Below, piece after piece: positions 43,054 through 52,301 of a DNA stretch of 64,000 nt. Every line of letters starts with the position of its first letter. Position 1 is the first letter of the stretch. Origin of the DNA: Obrimoposthia wandeli. Lineage: Eukaryota. The stretch is taken from the NCBI GenBank assembly GCA_977020255.1, contig CDROCS010004529.1, positions 1 to 64,000 on the forward strand, read 5' to 3'. The notes beneath the pieces were generated by a model. It did no database searches. It had not been told where the DNA came from and was given only the letters and a program-made list of their open reading frames with translations. Position numbers and translations under genes: made by a program.

Positions 43054-43941
43054 ATGAGTTTATCTGCAAAATTGCGGGCTGAACAGCTTAGCTGTTGGGA
43101 AGAATCCGTAACAGCCATTCCACTTGCGGGAGGGCTAACCAATACAAACTTCACAGTCCACTATCAAGAAAAAGATTATGTAGTGCGTATCGGTGAAGAC
43201 ATTCCGATTCATGGCGTAATGCGCTTTAACGAGCAAAATGCCAGTGTGGCAGCTTTTAAGGCGGGAATATCACCTGAAATTATACATATTCAAGAAGATG
43301 CTTTAGTCATGCGCTTCATAAAAGGGCGAACTTTGAATGCAGTTGATTTACAAAATCAAAGCATGTTAGAGCGCGCCCTACCACTTTTAAAACGCTGTCA
43401 CAATGATGTGCCAAATTACTTAAAAGCCGGCTCTTTGAGTTTTTGGGTGTTTCAGGTGAATCGTAATTATGCGGGTTCACTGAATGAAACTCAAAGCTTG
43501 TATAAAAAGCAGATAGCACGTTTGATGGAAATTAACATTGAACTGGAGAAAGCGGTGGGCAGGGTCACTATGGCTTTTTGCCATAATGATATGTTAGCGG
43601 CAAACTTTATCGACACACCAAACAAACTATGGCTAATCGACTGGGATTACGCCGGATTTAATAGCCCTTTATTCGATTTGAGTAATTTAGCAACTAACAA
43701 TGGTTTGAGTTATCAGCAGGAAGTTTGGCTGTTAGAAAACTACTTTGAAACACCGATCAATAATAAGTTATGGCGCAGCTACTGTGCCATGAAATGCGCT
43801 TCACAGTTGCGCGAATCTATGTGGAGTATGGTTTCAGAAGAGTACTCCAACTTAGATTTTGACTATCGAGAATACACTCAAGACAATCTGGATCGCTTTC
43901 AACAAGCCTATCGAGAATTTACTGCCCTAGGGGAGAGATAA
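43054..43941 (+). CDS. Choline/ethanolamine kinase family phosphotransferase
   Basis: LAGGLTNTNF, YVVRIG, FCHNDMLAANFI (Brenner motif), LIDWDYAG, FDL. Confidence 0.88.
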   Translation: MSLSAKLRAEQLSCWEESVTAIPLAGGLTNTNFTVHYQEKDYVVRIGEDIPIHGVMRFNEQNASVAAFKAGISPEIIHIQEDALVMRFIKGRTLNAVDLQNQSMLERALPLLKRCHNDVPNYLKAGSLSFWVFQVNRNYAGSLNETQSLYKKQIARLMEINIELEKAVGRVTMAFCHNDMLAANFIDTPNKLWLIDWDYAGFNSPLFDLSNLATNNGLSYQQEVWLLENYFETPINNKLWRSYCAMKCASQLRESMWSMVSEEYSNLDFDYREYTQDNLDRFQQAYREFTALGER

Positions 43942-43946
43942 TAAAT

Positions 43947-46394
43947 ATGAGTTTACCTAATCAAGCACAAATCGTCATTATTGGCGGCGGCATAATAGGC
44001 TGCAGCACTGCCTACCATTTAGCAAAGGAAGGTGCTAAAGATGTAATCTTGCTTGAGGGAGGGCAGCTGACTAACGGCTCTACCTGGCACGCTGCCGGGC
44101 TAGTAGGACAGTTGCGCAGTTCAGCAAACATCACTCAATTACTCAAAAACTCTGTTGATTTGTACAAAAATCTCGAAGCAGATACAGGGCTGGCAACAGG
44201 TTGGAAGATGAATGGCGGTCTACGTTTAGCTTGTAATAAAGATCGCTGGACAGAGGTTAAACGTCAAGCGACAACGGCGCATAGTTTCGGATTGCCCATG
44301 GAATTACTCAGTGCGAGTGAAGCGCAAGATTTATGGCCTTTAATGGATGTATCCGATGTGGTCGGGGCGGCTTTTCTACCCACAGATGGCCAAGCAAACC
44401 CTTCGGACATTACTCAATCACTGGCTAAAGGTGCCAGAATGCGCGGCGTGAAAATTTTTGAAAACACGCGGGTAACCGGTATTGAGGTTATCAATGGTGC
44501 TGTTGTTTCTGTGCAGACAACCGCGGGAAAAATCAACTGCGAAAAAGTCGTCAACTGCTGTGGCCAATGGGCTAAAGACGTAGGCAATATGGCTGGGGTC
44601 AACGTCCCTTTACAAGCTGTTGAACATCAATATATGGTAACAGAACCCCTTAAGCCGGTGGCTGTACCCTCAAATTTACCCACTTTGCGCGATCCGGACA
44701 GGTTAATATACTTTAAAGAAGAAGTGGGCGGATTAGTGATGGGTGGCTACGAGCCCAACCCAATCGTTTGGGCTAAGCATGGCATCCCCGACAACTTTTA
44801 TTTTTCATTGCTCAACGAAAACTGGGATCACTTTGAACAATTAATGGAACAGGCACTAATACGGGTACCTGCATTGGAAACAGCAGGCATTCGTACCTTA
44901 ACTAATGGCCCTGAATCTTTCACTCCCGATGGCAACTTCATTTTAGGCGAAGCACCTGAGGTTAAAAACTTCTTTGTGGGTGCTGGTTTTAACGCTTTTG
45001 GCATTGCTTCAGGGGGTGGTGCAGGACGCGCGCTAGCTGAGTGGGTAATAGCAGGTGAGCCACCAATGGATTTATGGCCAGTGGATATTCGCCGCTTTAG
45101 CCAAGTACATCGTGATGCTGAATTTGTCTGCAAGCGCACTTTAGAAGCTTATAGTAAACACTATACGATGAGCTGGCCTCACGAGGAGCATACAAGCGGC
45201 CGACCTATTTTAACCTCGCTTCTCTACCCTACTCTTAAAGATCAAGGGGCATGTTTCGGCTCTAAAAACGGTTGGGAGCGCCCTAACTGGTTTGCCCCAG
45301 CCGGTGTTGTTCCACAAGATGAATATTCATACGGGCGTCAAAATTGGTTTGACGCGGTAGGTGAAGAGCATTTAGCTTGTCGCGAATCTGTAGTGGTTTT
45401 TGATCAGAGCTCTTTTGCCAAGTTTAGACTGCAAGGCACAGATGCAACCAAAGCATTAAATTGGATTTGTGCTAATGATATAGATAAAGCAGTTGGTAGC
45501 TTAATTTACACACAAATGCTCAATGATAGAGGGGGCATTGAGTGTGACTTAACCATTTGCCGCAGCGCTGAAAATGATTACTACATAGTGACAGGCACTG
45601 GTTTTAGAGTGCATGACTATCAATGGATCAAAAGCAATTTAGATCCGAGCTGGGATGTACAGCTAACTGATATTACCCAGCAGTGGACAACACTGTCCTT
45701 AATGGGGCCTAATTCAAGAGCAGTGTTAGCACAATTAACCACGACAGATATCAGTAACCAGGCCTTTCCCTTTGCAACTTTACAAACTCTCACTATCGCA
45801 GGCCACGAGCTTAAAGCACTGCGTGTAACCTATGTAGGTGAACTGGGGTGGGAATTACATATGCCTCGCGCAGCCGGCAGTGATGTGTACCAGGCCTTGA
45901 TGCACGCTGGTGCCCAATTTTCGATTCGTAACGCAGGCTATCGCGCCATTGAATCACTGCGTTTAGAGAAAGGATATCGGGCTTGGAGTTCTGATTTAAC
46001 ACCAGACCACACCCCTTTTGAAGCGGGTTTAGGTTGGGCTGTAAAACTTAAATCGCAAATTGATTTTAAAGGGCGCCCTGCACTTGCAGCACTGTATAAC
46101 CAACCACTTAAAAAACGTATGGTATGTTTTAGTATCGCAGATCCCGCTGTAATTTTACTGGGTAGGGAGACAATTTATCGCAATGGTGAAGCGGTGGGCT
46201 ACCTAACCAGCGGCGGTTGGGGTTATACCGTGCAAGCAAATATAGGTTACGGCTATGTCAAATGCGCAGCCGGGGTCGATATACAATACTTAAAGGATGG
46301 TAAATATGAGTTGGAGATAGCTTGTGAAAGAGTACCTTGCCAGCTGCAACTAGCTCCTTTGTATGATCCTAAAATGCTTAGAGTAAAGGCTTAA
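43947..46394 (+). CDS. GcvT-family FAD-dependent oxidoreductase (sarcosine/dimethylglycine dehydrogenase-like)
   Basis: GGGIIG, GSTWHAAGL, GPESFTPDG, GWERPNWF, and C-terminal GcvT folate-binding domains (YTQMLNDRGGIECD, SLRLEKGY). Confidence 0.92.
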   Translation: MSLPNQAQIVIIGGGIIGCSTAYHLAKEGAKDVILLEGGQLTNGSTWHAAGLVGQLRSSANITQLLKNSVDLYKNLEADTGLATGWKMNGGLRLACNKDRWTEVKRQATTAHSFGLPMELLSASEAQDLWPLMDVSDVVGAAFLPTDGQANPSDITQSLAKGARMRGVKIFENTRVTGIEVINGAVVSVQTTAGKINCEKVVNCCGQWAKDVGNMAGVNVPLQAVEHQYMVTEPLKPVAVPSNLPTLRDPDRLIYFKEEVGGLVMGGYEPNPIVWAKHGIPDNFYFSLLNENWDHFEQLMEQALIRVPALETAGIRTLTNGPESFTPDGNFILGEAPEVKNFFVGAGFNAFGIASGGGAGRALAEWVIAGEPPMDLWPVDIRRFSQVHRDAEFVCKRTLEAYSKHYTMSWPHEEHTSGRPILTSLLYPTLKDQGACFGSKNGWERPNWFAPAGVVPQDEYSYGRQNWFDAVGEEHLACRESVVVFDQSSFAKFRLQGTDATKALNWICANDIDKAVGSLIYTQMLNDRGGIECDLTICRSAENDYYIVTGTGFRVHDYQWIKSNLDPSWDVQLTDITQQWTTLSLMGPNSRAVLAQLTTTDISNQAFPFATLQTLTIAGHELKALRVTYVGELGWELHMPRAAGSDVYQALMHAGAQFSIRNAGYRAIESLRLEKGYRAWSSDLTPDHTPFEAGLGWAVKLKSQIDFKGRPALAALYNQPLKKRMVCFSIADPAVILLGRETIYRNGEAVGYLTSGGWGYTVQANIGYGYVKCAAGVDIQYLKDGKYELEIACERVPCQLQLAPLYDPKMLRVKA

Positions 46395-46408
46395 CTGTTA
46401 AGTTATGC

Positions 46409-46482
46409 CCATCCATAAGCAAAGTCGCTAGAGTGCTGCAATGATTTAAATTTTGTACATTTTACTCTTTGCTGATGGATGG
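46409..46482. repeat. 74-bp inverted-repeat element downstream of the GcvT-like gene
   Basis: CCATCCATAAGCAAAG / CTTTGCTGATGGATGG 16-bp arms with 1 mismatch. Confidence 0.6.
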
Positions 46483-46588
46483 ATTAGTGATTAAAAAGAC
46501 AAAAGAATGAAAACTAATATTAGAGAAAAAATCGATACTACCAATAAAACATGTTAATTTTATATTTTTCCTGCCTATAAATGAATAA

Positions 46589-46600
46589 TTGCATAGACAA
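46589..46600. promoter_or_regulatory. Candidate GntR operator (autoregulatory site)
   Basis: TTGCATAGACAA (reverse complement TTGTCTATGCAA), 46 bp upstream of the GntR start. Confidence 0.5.
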
Positions 46601-46646
46601 TACTATAGAATGGTTACTATTAATGACTATTTTATAGAAGCATTCA

Positions 46647-47630
46647 ATGACTAATCACTCCATTGCTAAAAGCATTTCCCACACTTTGATTATCCGTGAG
46701 TATATACTTGAATTAATCGGGAAAAACGCACTCAACAAACAAAATAAATTACCCGCAGAAAGACTGTTATGTGAACGCTTTAGCATCACACGGATTACTC
46801 TGCGACAAGCGATGGTGCAGCTAGAAACAGAAGGCTTTGTTTACCGACAACATCAGCGAGGTTGGTATCTGTCTCCCCCGAGAATACTTTATGATCCAAC
46901 CAAGAATTTAAGTTTCACAGCATTAGTACTCAGCCAGGGAAGAGTGCCATTAAATCGTATTTTATCTAGTAAAAGACAGCTTGCTGATAAAACAATGCGA
47001 AAGGCTTTGCAATTACAAGAGCATGAAACTGATCTATATTTGATAGAGCGGTTGCGCTCAGTTGATGGTCGACCTGTGATGGTAGAGCATTTGTACATCA
47101 ATGCTGCATTGTGTGAAGGTATTCTCGATTGCGCTATAGAGCAGTCTCTAACTGAGTTATTAAAACAGCATTTTGCCGTCGAAATTGTTCGCTCCAGTGT
47201 CAACTTGCATTCAACAGCTCTGACTCAAACACAAGCAAAAGAGTTACACGGAGCAGCAGGCACTCCCTCTATCAGTGTTATACGCACCAATTATGATCAG
47301 CAAGGGCGTGTGATAGAAATTGATCATGAGTTTTGGCGACACGATGCTCTGGAAATTACCGCTAGCTCATCCCCTAACACTTCCTTTGACAAAAACAATG
47401 GGCACAACTTTACAAATACAGTAGATGCGGCAACTAAGCAGCCAATAGTCACTTATAATTTTTCAGTGGCCTTAAATACTCTGATAAGTGAATACACCAC
47501 AGGTGTGCAACAAAGTGCTCTACAACTGCAGCAGCTGAACAAAGAATTCAACGATTATCGTCTTCGTACAGATAATGAACTAATGCTGTGTCGTTCGCGG
47601 ATAGCTACTTTAGAAGAAAATGCTGATTAA
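46647..47630 (+). CDS. GntR (HutC/PhnR-like) regulator with UTRA domain and extra C-terminal extension
   Basis: KLPAERLLCERFSITRITLRQA wHTH, UTRA ending at EIDHEFWRHDAL, plus ~85 additional residues. Confidence 0.9.
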   Translation: MTNHSIAKSISHTLIIREYILELIGKNALNKQNKLPAERLLCERFSITRITLRQAMVQLETEGFVYRQHQRGWYLSPPRILYDPTKNLSFTALVLSQGRVPLNRILSSKRQLADKTMRKALQLQEHETDLYLIERLRSVDGRPVMVEHLYINAALCEGILDCAIEQSLTELLKQHFAVEIVRSSVNLHSTALTQTQAKELHGAAGTPSISVIRTNYDQQGRVIEIDHEFWRHDALEITASSSPNTSFDKNNGHNFTNTVDAATKQPIVTYNFSVALNTLISEYTTGVQQSALQLQQLNKEFNDYRLRTDNELMLCRSRIATLEENAD

Positions 47631-47666
47631 CACAGCAATAGATTTAATCTCAGTGTTAAATGACGA

Positions 47667-47700
47667 CAACTGAACACTCTTGTTGGTTTGTGTTCAGTTG
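47667..47700. terminator. Hairpin between convergent gntR and eutH
   Basis: CAACTGAACAC / GTGTTCAGTTG 11-bp perfect stem. Confidence 0.55.
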
Positions 47701-47870
47701 ACTAATTAGCATAACCGAGCCTGCAGCAACTGCTAGGACCTGTTACAGCTACTGAGCAATCCCTATACCCATGTTAAGCTCCACTCTTAGAAGACTTTCA
47801 TATCAAGGGCCTAGGAACCGACCCCTGATGGTTTTTCTTGTATCTGGCGTCTCCTCACACTCTCTGTCTG

Positions 47871-49100
47871 TTACACTGTGGCATCTTTATTTTCTTGTTG
47901 CTCAAGAGCTTGATCTTGCTCTAGTAATTTAGCGGCGGGGACTGCAATCCATAACGCGATGACAAAGCCTGCGGCACCGCCTACCAGTTTACCCAGCAGT
48001 ATCGGCAAAATCATATTGGGCTGAAAATTAGCCGTAAATGCCAAGTGATCGCCAAACATAAAGGCACCACACACGGCAAAGGCTATGCATAAAACTTTAT
48101 CGCGAGCCTTCATATCGCCAATTAAATGAAACATTGCCAAGATATTTGCAGCTGCTGCAAGTAATCCTGCTGCACCAACCGTATCCATACCTAAGCGACT
48201 GCCAAAAAAGGTCATGGGCCCAGCGAGATATTTTTTAATCATATAAACCATAGGGAATGCACCTGAAAGCATAATACCTATGTAACCGGCAATTTCTAAG
48301 GCTCTAAACATATCCGCCTCATCAGCAATGATAGGATCAAAGCCCCAGCCGCCTAAAACATTAGTGAATACTCCGGTAAAGTACTCGACGATAGAAAAGA
48401 CTAGCACCAGCTTTAGTACAGCATCCATAGTGCGACCAAACACTAAAAAACCTCTAATCATCTGCGAAGGGAACAGCTTTAAACCGATAGCAATACTGAT
48501 ACACACGATGATGAGAGGTAATATATTAATCAAAATAGTGCCTGCATCTAAAGCTAAGGCCAATGAAGACTCACTGTTGGTTGAAACAATCTCTCGCACC
48601 CCGGGGTTAGATAAACCAACCAATAAACTGGCGACGAACACCCCCACTGGAACACTGAGAATACCCGCCATTACCCCTAACGCCATATACTTATGATCAG
48701 CTTCTTTAAGCATCGCTAGGCCAACGGGGATAGAGAAAACGATAGTGGCCCCTGCCATGTAACCTACTACCATAGCAATAATCCAACCTTCACGGCTTTG
48801 TGCTAAGTTATCAGCCAGTTGATAACCTCCCATATCTACCGCGATGAAAGTTGTCGCTGCAATTGCAGGATCTGCACCAATTGCAGAGAATAAAGGTCCA
48901 AAAACCGCGGATATAAATTGAGAGAGGTAGGGAATAGAGGCCATGATCCCAGCCACGGGAACAAATATTGGCCCGATACTGTAAATACCACTCATAAATT
49001 CGGCACCTAAGCCGGTTTCGTGATTGCGGATGGATGCGAAAGCTCCGATTACCGCACATATCATTATTAGATAAATGACATAGTTACCAATTTCAGCCAT
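47871..49100 (-). CDS. eutH: EutH-family ethanolamine transporter
   Basis: GPIFVPVAGIMA, DMGGYQLA, GATIVFSIPVGL, ALEIAGYIGIMLSGAFPM, FGDHLAFTANFQP. The start is the ATG at 49100. Confidence 0.9.
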   Translation of the reverse strand: MAEIGNYVIYLIMICAVIGAFASIRNHETGLGAEFMSGIYSIGPIFVPVAGIMASIPYLSQFISAVFGPLFSAIGADPAIAATTFIAVDMGGYQLADNLAQSREGWIIAMVVGYMAGATIVFSIPVGLAMLKEADHKYMALGVMAGILSVPVGVFVASLLVGLSNPGVREIVSTNSESSLALALDAGTILINILPLIIVCISIAIGLKLFPSQMIRGFLVFGRTMDAVLKLVLVFSIVEYFTGVFTNVLGGWGFDPIIADEADMFRALEIAGYIGIMLSGAFPMVYMIKKYLAGPMTFFGSRLGMDTVGAAGLLAAAANILAMFHLIGDMKARDKVLCIAFAVCGAFMFGDHLAFTANFQPNMILPILLGKLVGGAAGFVIALWIAVPAAKLLEQDQALEQQENKDATV

Positions 49101-49265
49101 GTTAACTCCTTTTTTATCGTTATTAGATGTGAGCTTGCTTAACATCGATCTTTGCGTACAAAAAGCAAACACAATTCGATATAGCGTATTCATTTAAGCA
49201 TTATTGCCTATTCATTAACAAGTATAAAATCTAGAATTAGACCACAAAACAAATTTTATTATTTT

Positions 49266-49277
49266 TTGTCTATACGA
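49266..49277. promoter_or_regulatory. Candidate GntR operator upstream of eutH
   Basis: TTGTCTATACGA, 11/12 identical to the reverse complement of the site at 42970 (TTGTCTATACCA). Confidence 0.6.
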
Positions 49278-49591
49278 TTTTAAAAATATAAAAATATAAA
49301 AAACTAAAAAAATAGAGTAGATATTCTTAATCGCTATAAAATCCTGAGGTTTATGCACAAAGTATCGATCGATAATAAAGAAGAAATTGGTAAAATAGCA
49401 TTATCAGCGTATCTCTGCTCGTTGCGCATTACTGAAGTAAATGAGCCTATGAGCCGGTTTTTAACGTTGTATCATTAAGCGATGCTATTATCTGCTCTGG
49501 GTAAACTATACTCAGATCTCACCCCAATACTTGGTTATTATAGATAACGTCAATATCGTCAAACTGCTAGGGTAACACCACTATTTTTTTA

Positions 49592-49666
49592 AAATATAGA
49601 GTTTTATTTTAGTAGGATAGTGGATAAGCAACAGCCTTATTTCTTGATCCACACTATGATTTATGA
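49592..49666 (+). pseudogene. higB: HigB (RelE-like) toxin C-terminal remnant
   Basis: Translates KYRVLF**DSG*ATALFLDPHYDL*, resembling the HigB end YRLIFQW...YLDPHKY; contains several stops and directly precedes a higA remnant. Confidence 0.6.
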
Positions 49667-49674
49667 AGTGCAAA

Positions 49675-49875
49675 ATGATGTCGAATCTGCACATATCCGC
49701 ACACCCACCAACCAGTGTTGGCGAAGCGCTCACACAAGAGTTCTTCGATTGTTTAATATCACCTGGCAGCCACGATGGCTACCGATGATAAAGCAGTGAA
49801 TACTTAATACTTGCTAAAGTATTTAGCACCACGACCGAGTTTTAGATTAATCTTCAAACCCTAAATAAGCAGTGA
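49675..49875 (+). pseudogene. higA: HigA antitoxin remnant
   Basis: HPPTSVGEALTQEFF, then after a deletion/frameshift LAKVFSTTTEF*INLQ; both are HigA signature segments. Confidence 0.75.
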
Positions 49876-49982
49876 GGAAACACTGCATAATAGAAATTAC
49901 AGCTGATAATAAATAAAGACGACTAGGGGCCATCTGCTGTAAAGAAATCCATTACTATTTTTCCTATAAAACTGCGCTACTT

Positions 49983-51989
49983 TTAAACAGATTGACGCTT
50001 TATCTTACGTTGCCATTCCCGTTGATGAACAACTTCTTCACCTTCTATTGCCTGTTGTGAAGCTACTATATAAAAATAATCAGCATCGCAATGCAGCTTA
50101 AGCTTACTTGCTACACTAACTTGCCAGTCGCCCCTCCCAGCTTGATAAGACCAGGCAATATCTGCAACAGTACTATTTGGATCGTACGGTTTAACCCGAT
50201 ATTCTTCGTGGCAAGTTTGGTGAACTTTTAAGCCATGATTCAAAAAGTGGATATGACCGAAATCGTCTTCTATCCTTGTACACAACTCGCCATTTTCCAC
50301 ATTCTCAGTGACTGTGCGACTATTACTGGACGGGCTTAAATACTCTAAAGGCTCCGGTGCGGCACCTTCTGGACGCGCAAACGGTAAAGGAGTTTTCTCG
50401 CCTTTAAACTGCGGTAGCTCAATAAAGTTTTCGATGCCATGCATCATCAAATTAACAAATTTAGGCGCTGGCCAAATAAGCGGAAAGTAAGCACTTGAAA
50501 TAGCAACCCGCAGCTGGTGTCCTGCTGGAACTTTATAGCCGGTATCATCTAACAACAATGTGACGTCGTAAACGTGATTAGGGATAAGTTTTTCAGGGTG
50601 TTCTAGGCTGTTGCGCATTTGTAAATTAAGACAACCATAAGTGATACGTGTGACTTCGCCCGTTGGGGATACATCATTTAATCGCACACAAATTTGACCA
50701 CAATCTTGATCGCTACTTAGCTTTAAATGGATGCGTGGCGCACCTAATAATGCTAATTCTTCACTTAACACGCTAGTTGTAAAACACAGTGAGTGAGCAT
50801 CATCACGTCGCTGATCAGTCGGAGATTCTGGCCCTAACCAAATGGCACAGTATTCGCCTCCTGCACTGCCTGTGGATAAGGGTGAATTTATTTTCTGCAT
50901 GCTGGGTGTTACTGGTTTATCTACGCTCAGGCTTGCGTTGTTTAAGTACAACGTTTTACTGCTAGTTTTTGACTCAGTCCAACTATCCATTTGCACCCAA
51001 TCACCGCTGCGCTTTGCGTAACTCGATTGAGGTGCCACTGCATCTTGAATATAAGCGGTGTACTTAGGCTCATCCATTATGCCGTTATCAATATCTTTGA
51101 GCCAATAATCCCACCAGCGTATTGCTTCTTGAAGAAAGCCAATCGCTGGATCAGGCACCGCAAAATGTGGGTACTTGTGCGCCCATGGGCCTATCAGCGC
51201 TTTACGCGGGCACTGTAAATTTTCCATCATTCTGGGCACTGTATTTTTATAAGCATCGCCCCAACCACCCACCGCCATTACTGCTGCTTTGATAGCGGTG
51301 TAATCTTCGCAAATAGAGCCGTGTTGCCAGTAGCTGTCTCGTGTTTGATGACTTAGCCAATTCTCTAATAACAGTGGCATATTATTCAATCGATCTAGCC
51401 AGCGCTCGCGCCAATCATCAACTAATAGAGGGTCGGGCACTGCTGCTGAAAAATTAAGCATCGTTGCCGCCCAGCCCACATTCTCCAATAACATGTTGCC
51501 GCCTTTGTAATGGATATCATCACTGTAGCGATCATCAGTAGAGCAAAGCGTAATAATTGCCTTTAACGCTTTGGGCTGAAGTGCAGCAATTTGTAAGCTG
51601 TTAAATCCGCCCCAAGAGATCCCCATCATGCCAACATTACCGCTACACCAAGGCTGAGCACAGAGCCAATCAATCACTTCCAAACCATCTGCTAGCTCTT
51701 GTGCTAAATACTCATCGTGCATTAACCCTTCTGATTCCCCATTGCCACGCATATCGACTCTAATACAAGCATAACCATTACCTGCAAACCAAGGGTGCGT
51801 CAGCGCATCGCGCACCGAAGTGCCATCCCGTTTACGATAAGGCAGGTACTCTAAAATTGCCGGCACCAACTGCCCGTCATCACATTCTGGTAACCACAAA
51901 CGCGCAGCCAAACGAGTGCCATCTTGCATGGGGATATATAGGTGCTCAATCTCATTGACGACATAGGGGAATTCAATCCGGGTTTTCAT
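49983..51989 (-). CDS. CocE/NonD family serine hydrolase (peptidase S15)
   Basis: IPMQDGTRLAARLWLP, EYLPYRKRD, GMMGISWGG nucleophile, GPWAH, C-terminal PepX-like domain. Confidence 0.93.
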   Translation of the reverse strand: MKTRIEFPYVVNEIEHLYIPMQDGTRLAARLWLPECDDGQLVPAILEYLPYRKRDGTSVRDALTHPWFAGNGYACIRVDMRGNGESEGLMHDEYLAQELADGLEVIDWLCAQPWCSGNVGMMGISWGGFNSLQIAALQPKALKAIITLCSTDDRYSDDIHYKGGNMLLENVGWAATMLNFSAAVPDPLLVDDWRERWLDRLNNMPLLLENWLSHQTRDSYWQHGSICEDYTAIKAAVMAVGGWGDAYKNTVPRMMENLQCPRKALIGPWAHKYPHFAVPDPAIGFLQEAIRWWDYWLKDIDNGIMDEPKYTAYIQDAVAPQSSYAKRSGDWVQMDSWTESKTSSKTLYLNNASLSVDKPVTPSMQKINSPLSTGSAGGEYCAIWLGPESPTDQRRDDAHSLCFTTSVLSEELALLGAPRIHLKLSSDQDCGQICVRLNDVSPTGEVTRITYGCLNLQMRNSLEHPEKLIPNHVYDVTLLLDDTGYKVPAGHQLRVAISSAYFPLIWPAPKFVNLMMHGIENFIELPQFKGEKTPLPFARPEGAAPEPLEYLSPSSNSRTVTENVENGELCTRIEDDFGHIHFLNHGLKVHQTCHEEYRVKPYDPNSTVADIAWSYQAGRGDWQVSVASKLKLHCDADYFYIVASQQAIEGEEVVHQREWQRKIKRQSV

Positions 51990-52301
51990 AACGCAACATC
52001 TCCGATCATCATTGGCATTTATGGTGCTTTTAGAGCGTCAAAATTTTTGATTCACTATTAGCGTTTAACAGTAAATTTAGGACGACCTCTAATCAAATGC
52101 AACACAAAACTTTTACATTCAATATCTTACACTAAATTATTCTCTAACATCTGATGCTAGGAAAATGAACGGATACTTGTTTTGGGAAGCCAAAATACTA
52201 CCTGTTGGAGCAGAGAACAAGCCTTTAACACCACACATCGATTGGATTTGCACTGTTAAATAGCTCACATGCCGAAGTGGAAAATAGCTTTACGATTGGT
52301 G

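Noticed and set aside
47700-47870. Gene remnant downstream of eutH (MGIGIAQ*L*QVLAVAAGSVML, hydroxyacyl-CoA-dehydrogenase-like)
   Set aside because: The similarity is too short and broken by several stops, with no start codon.
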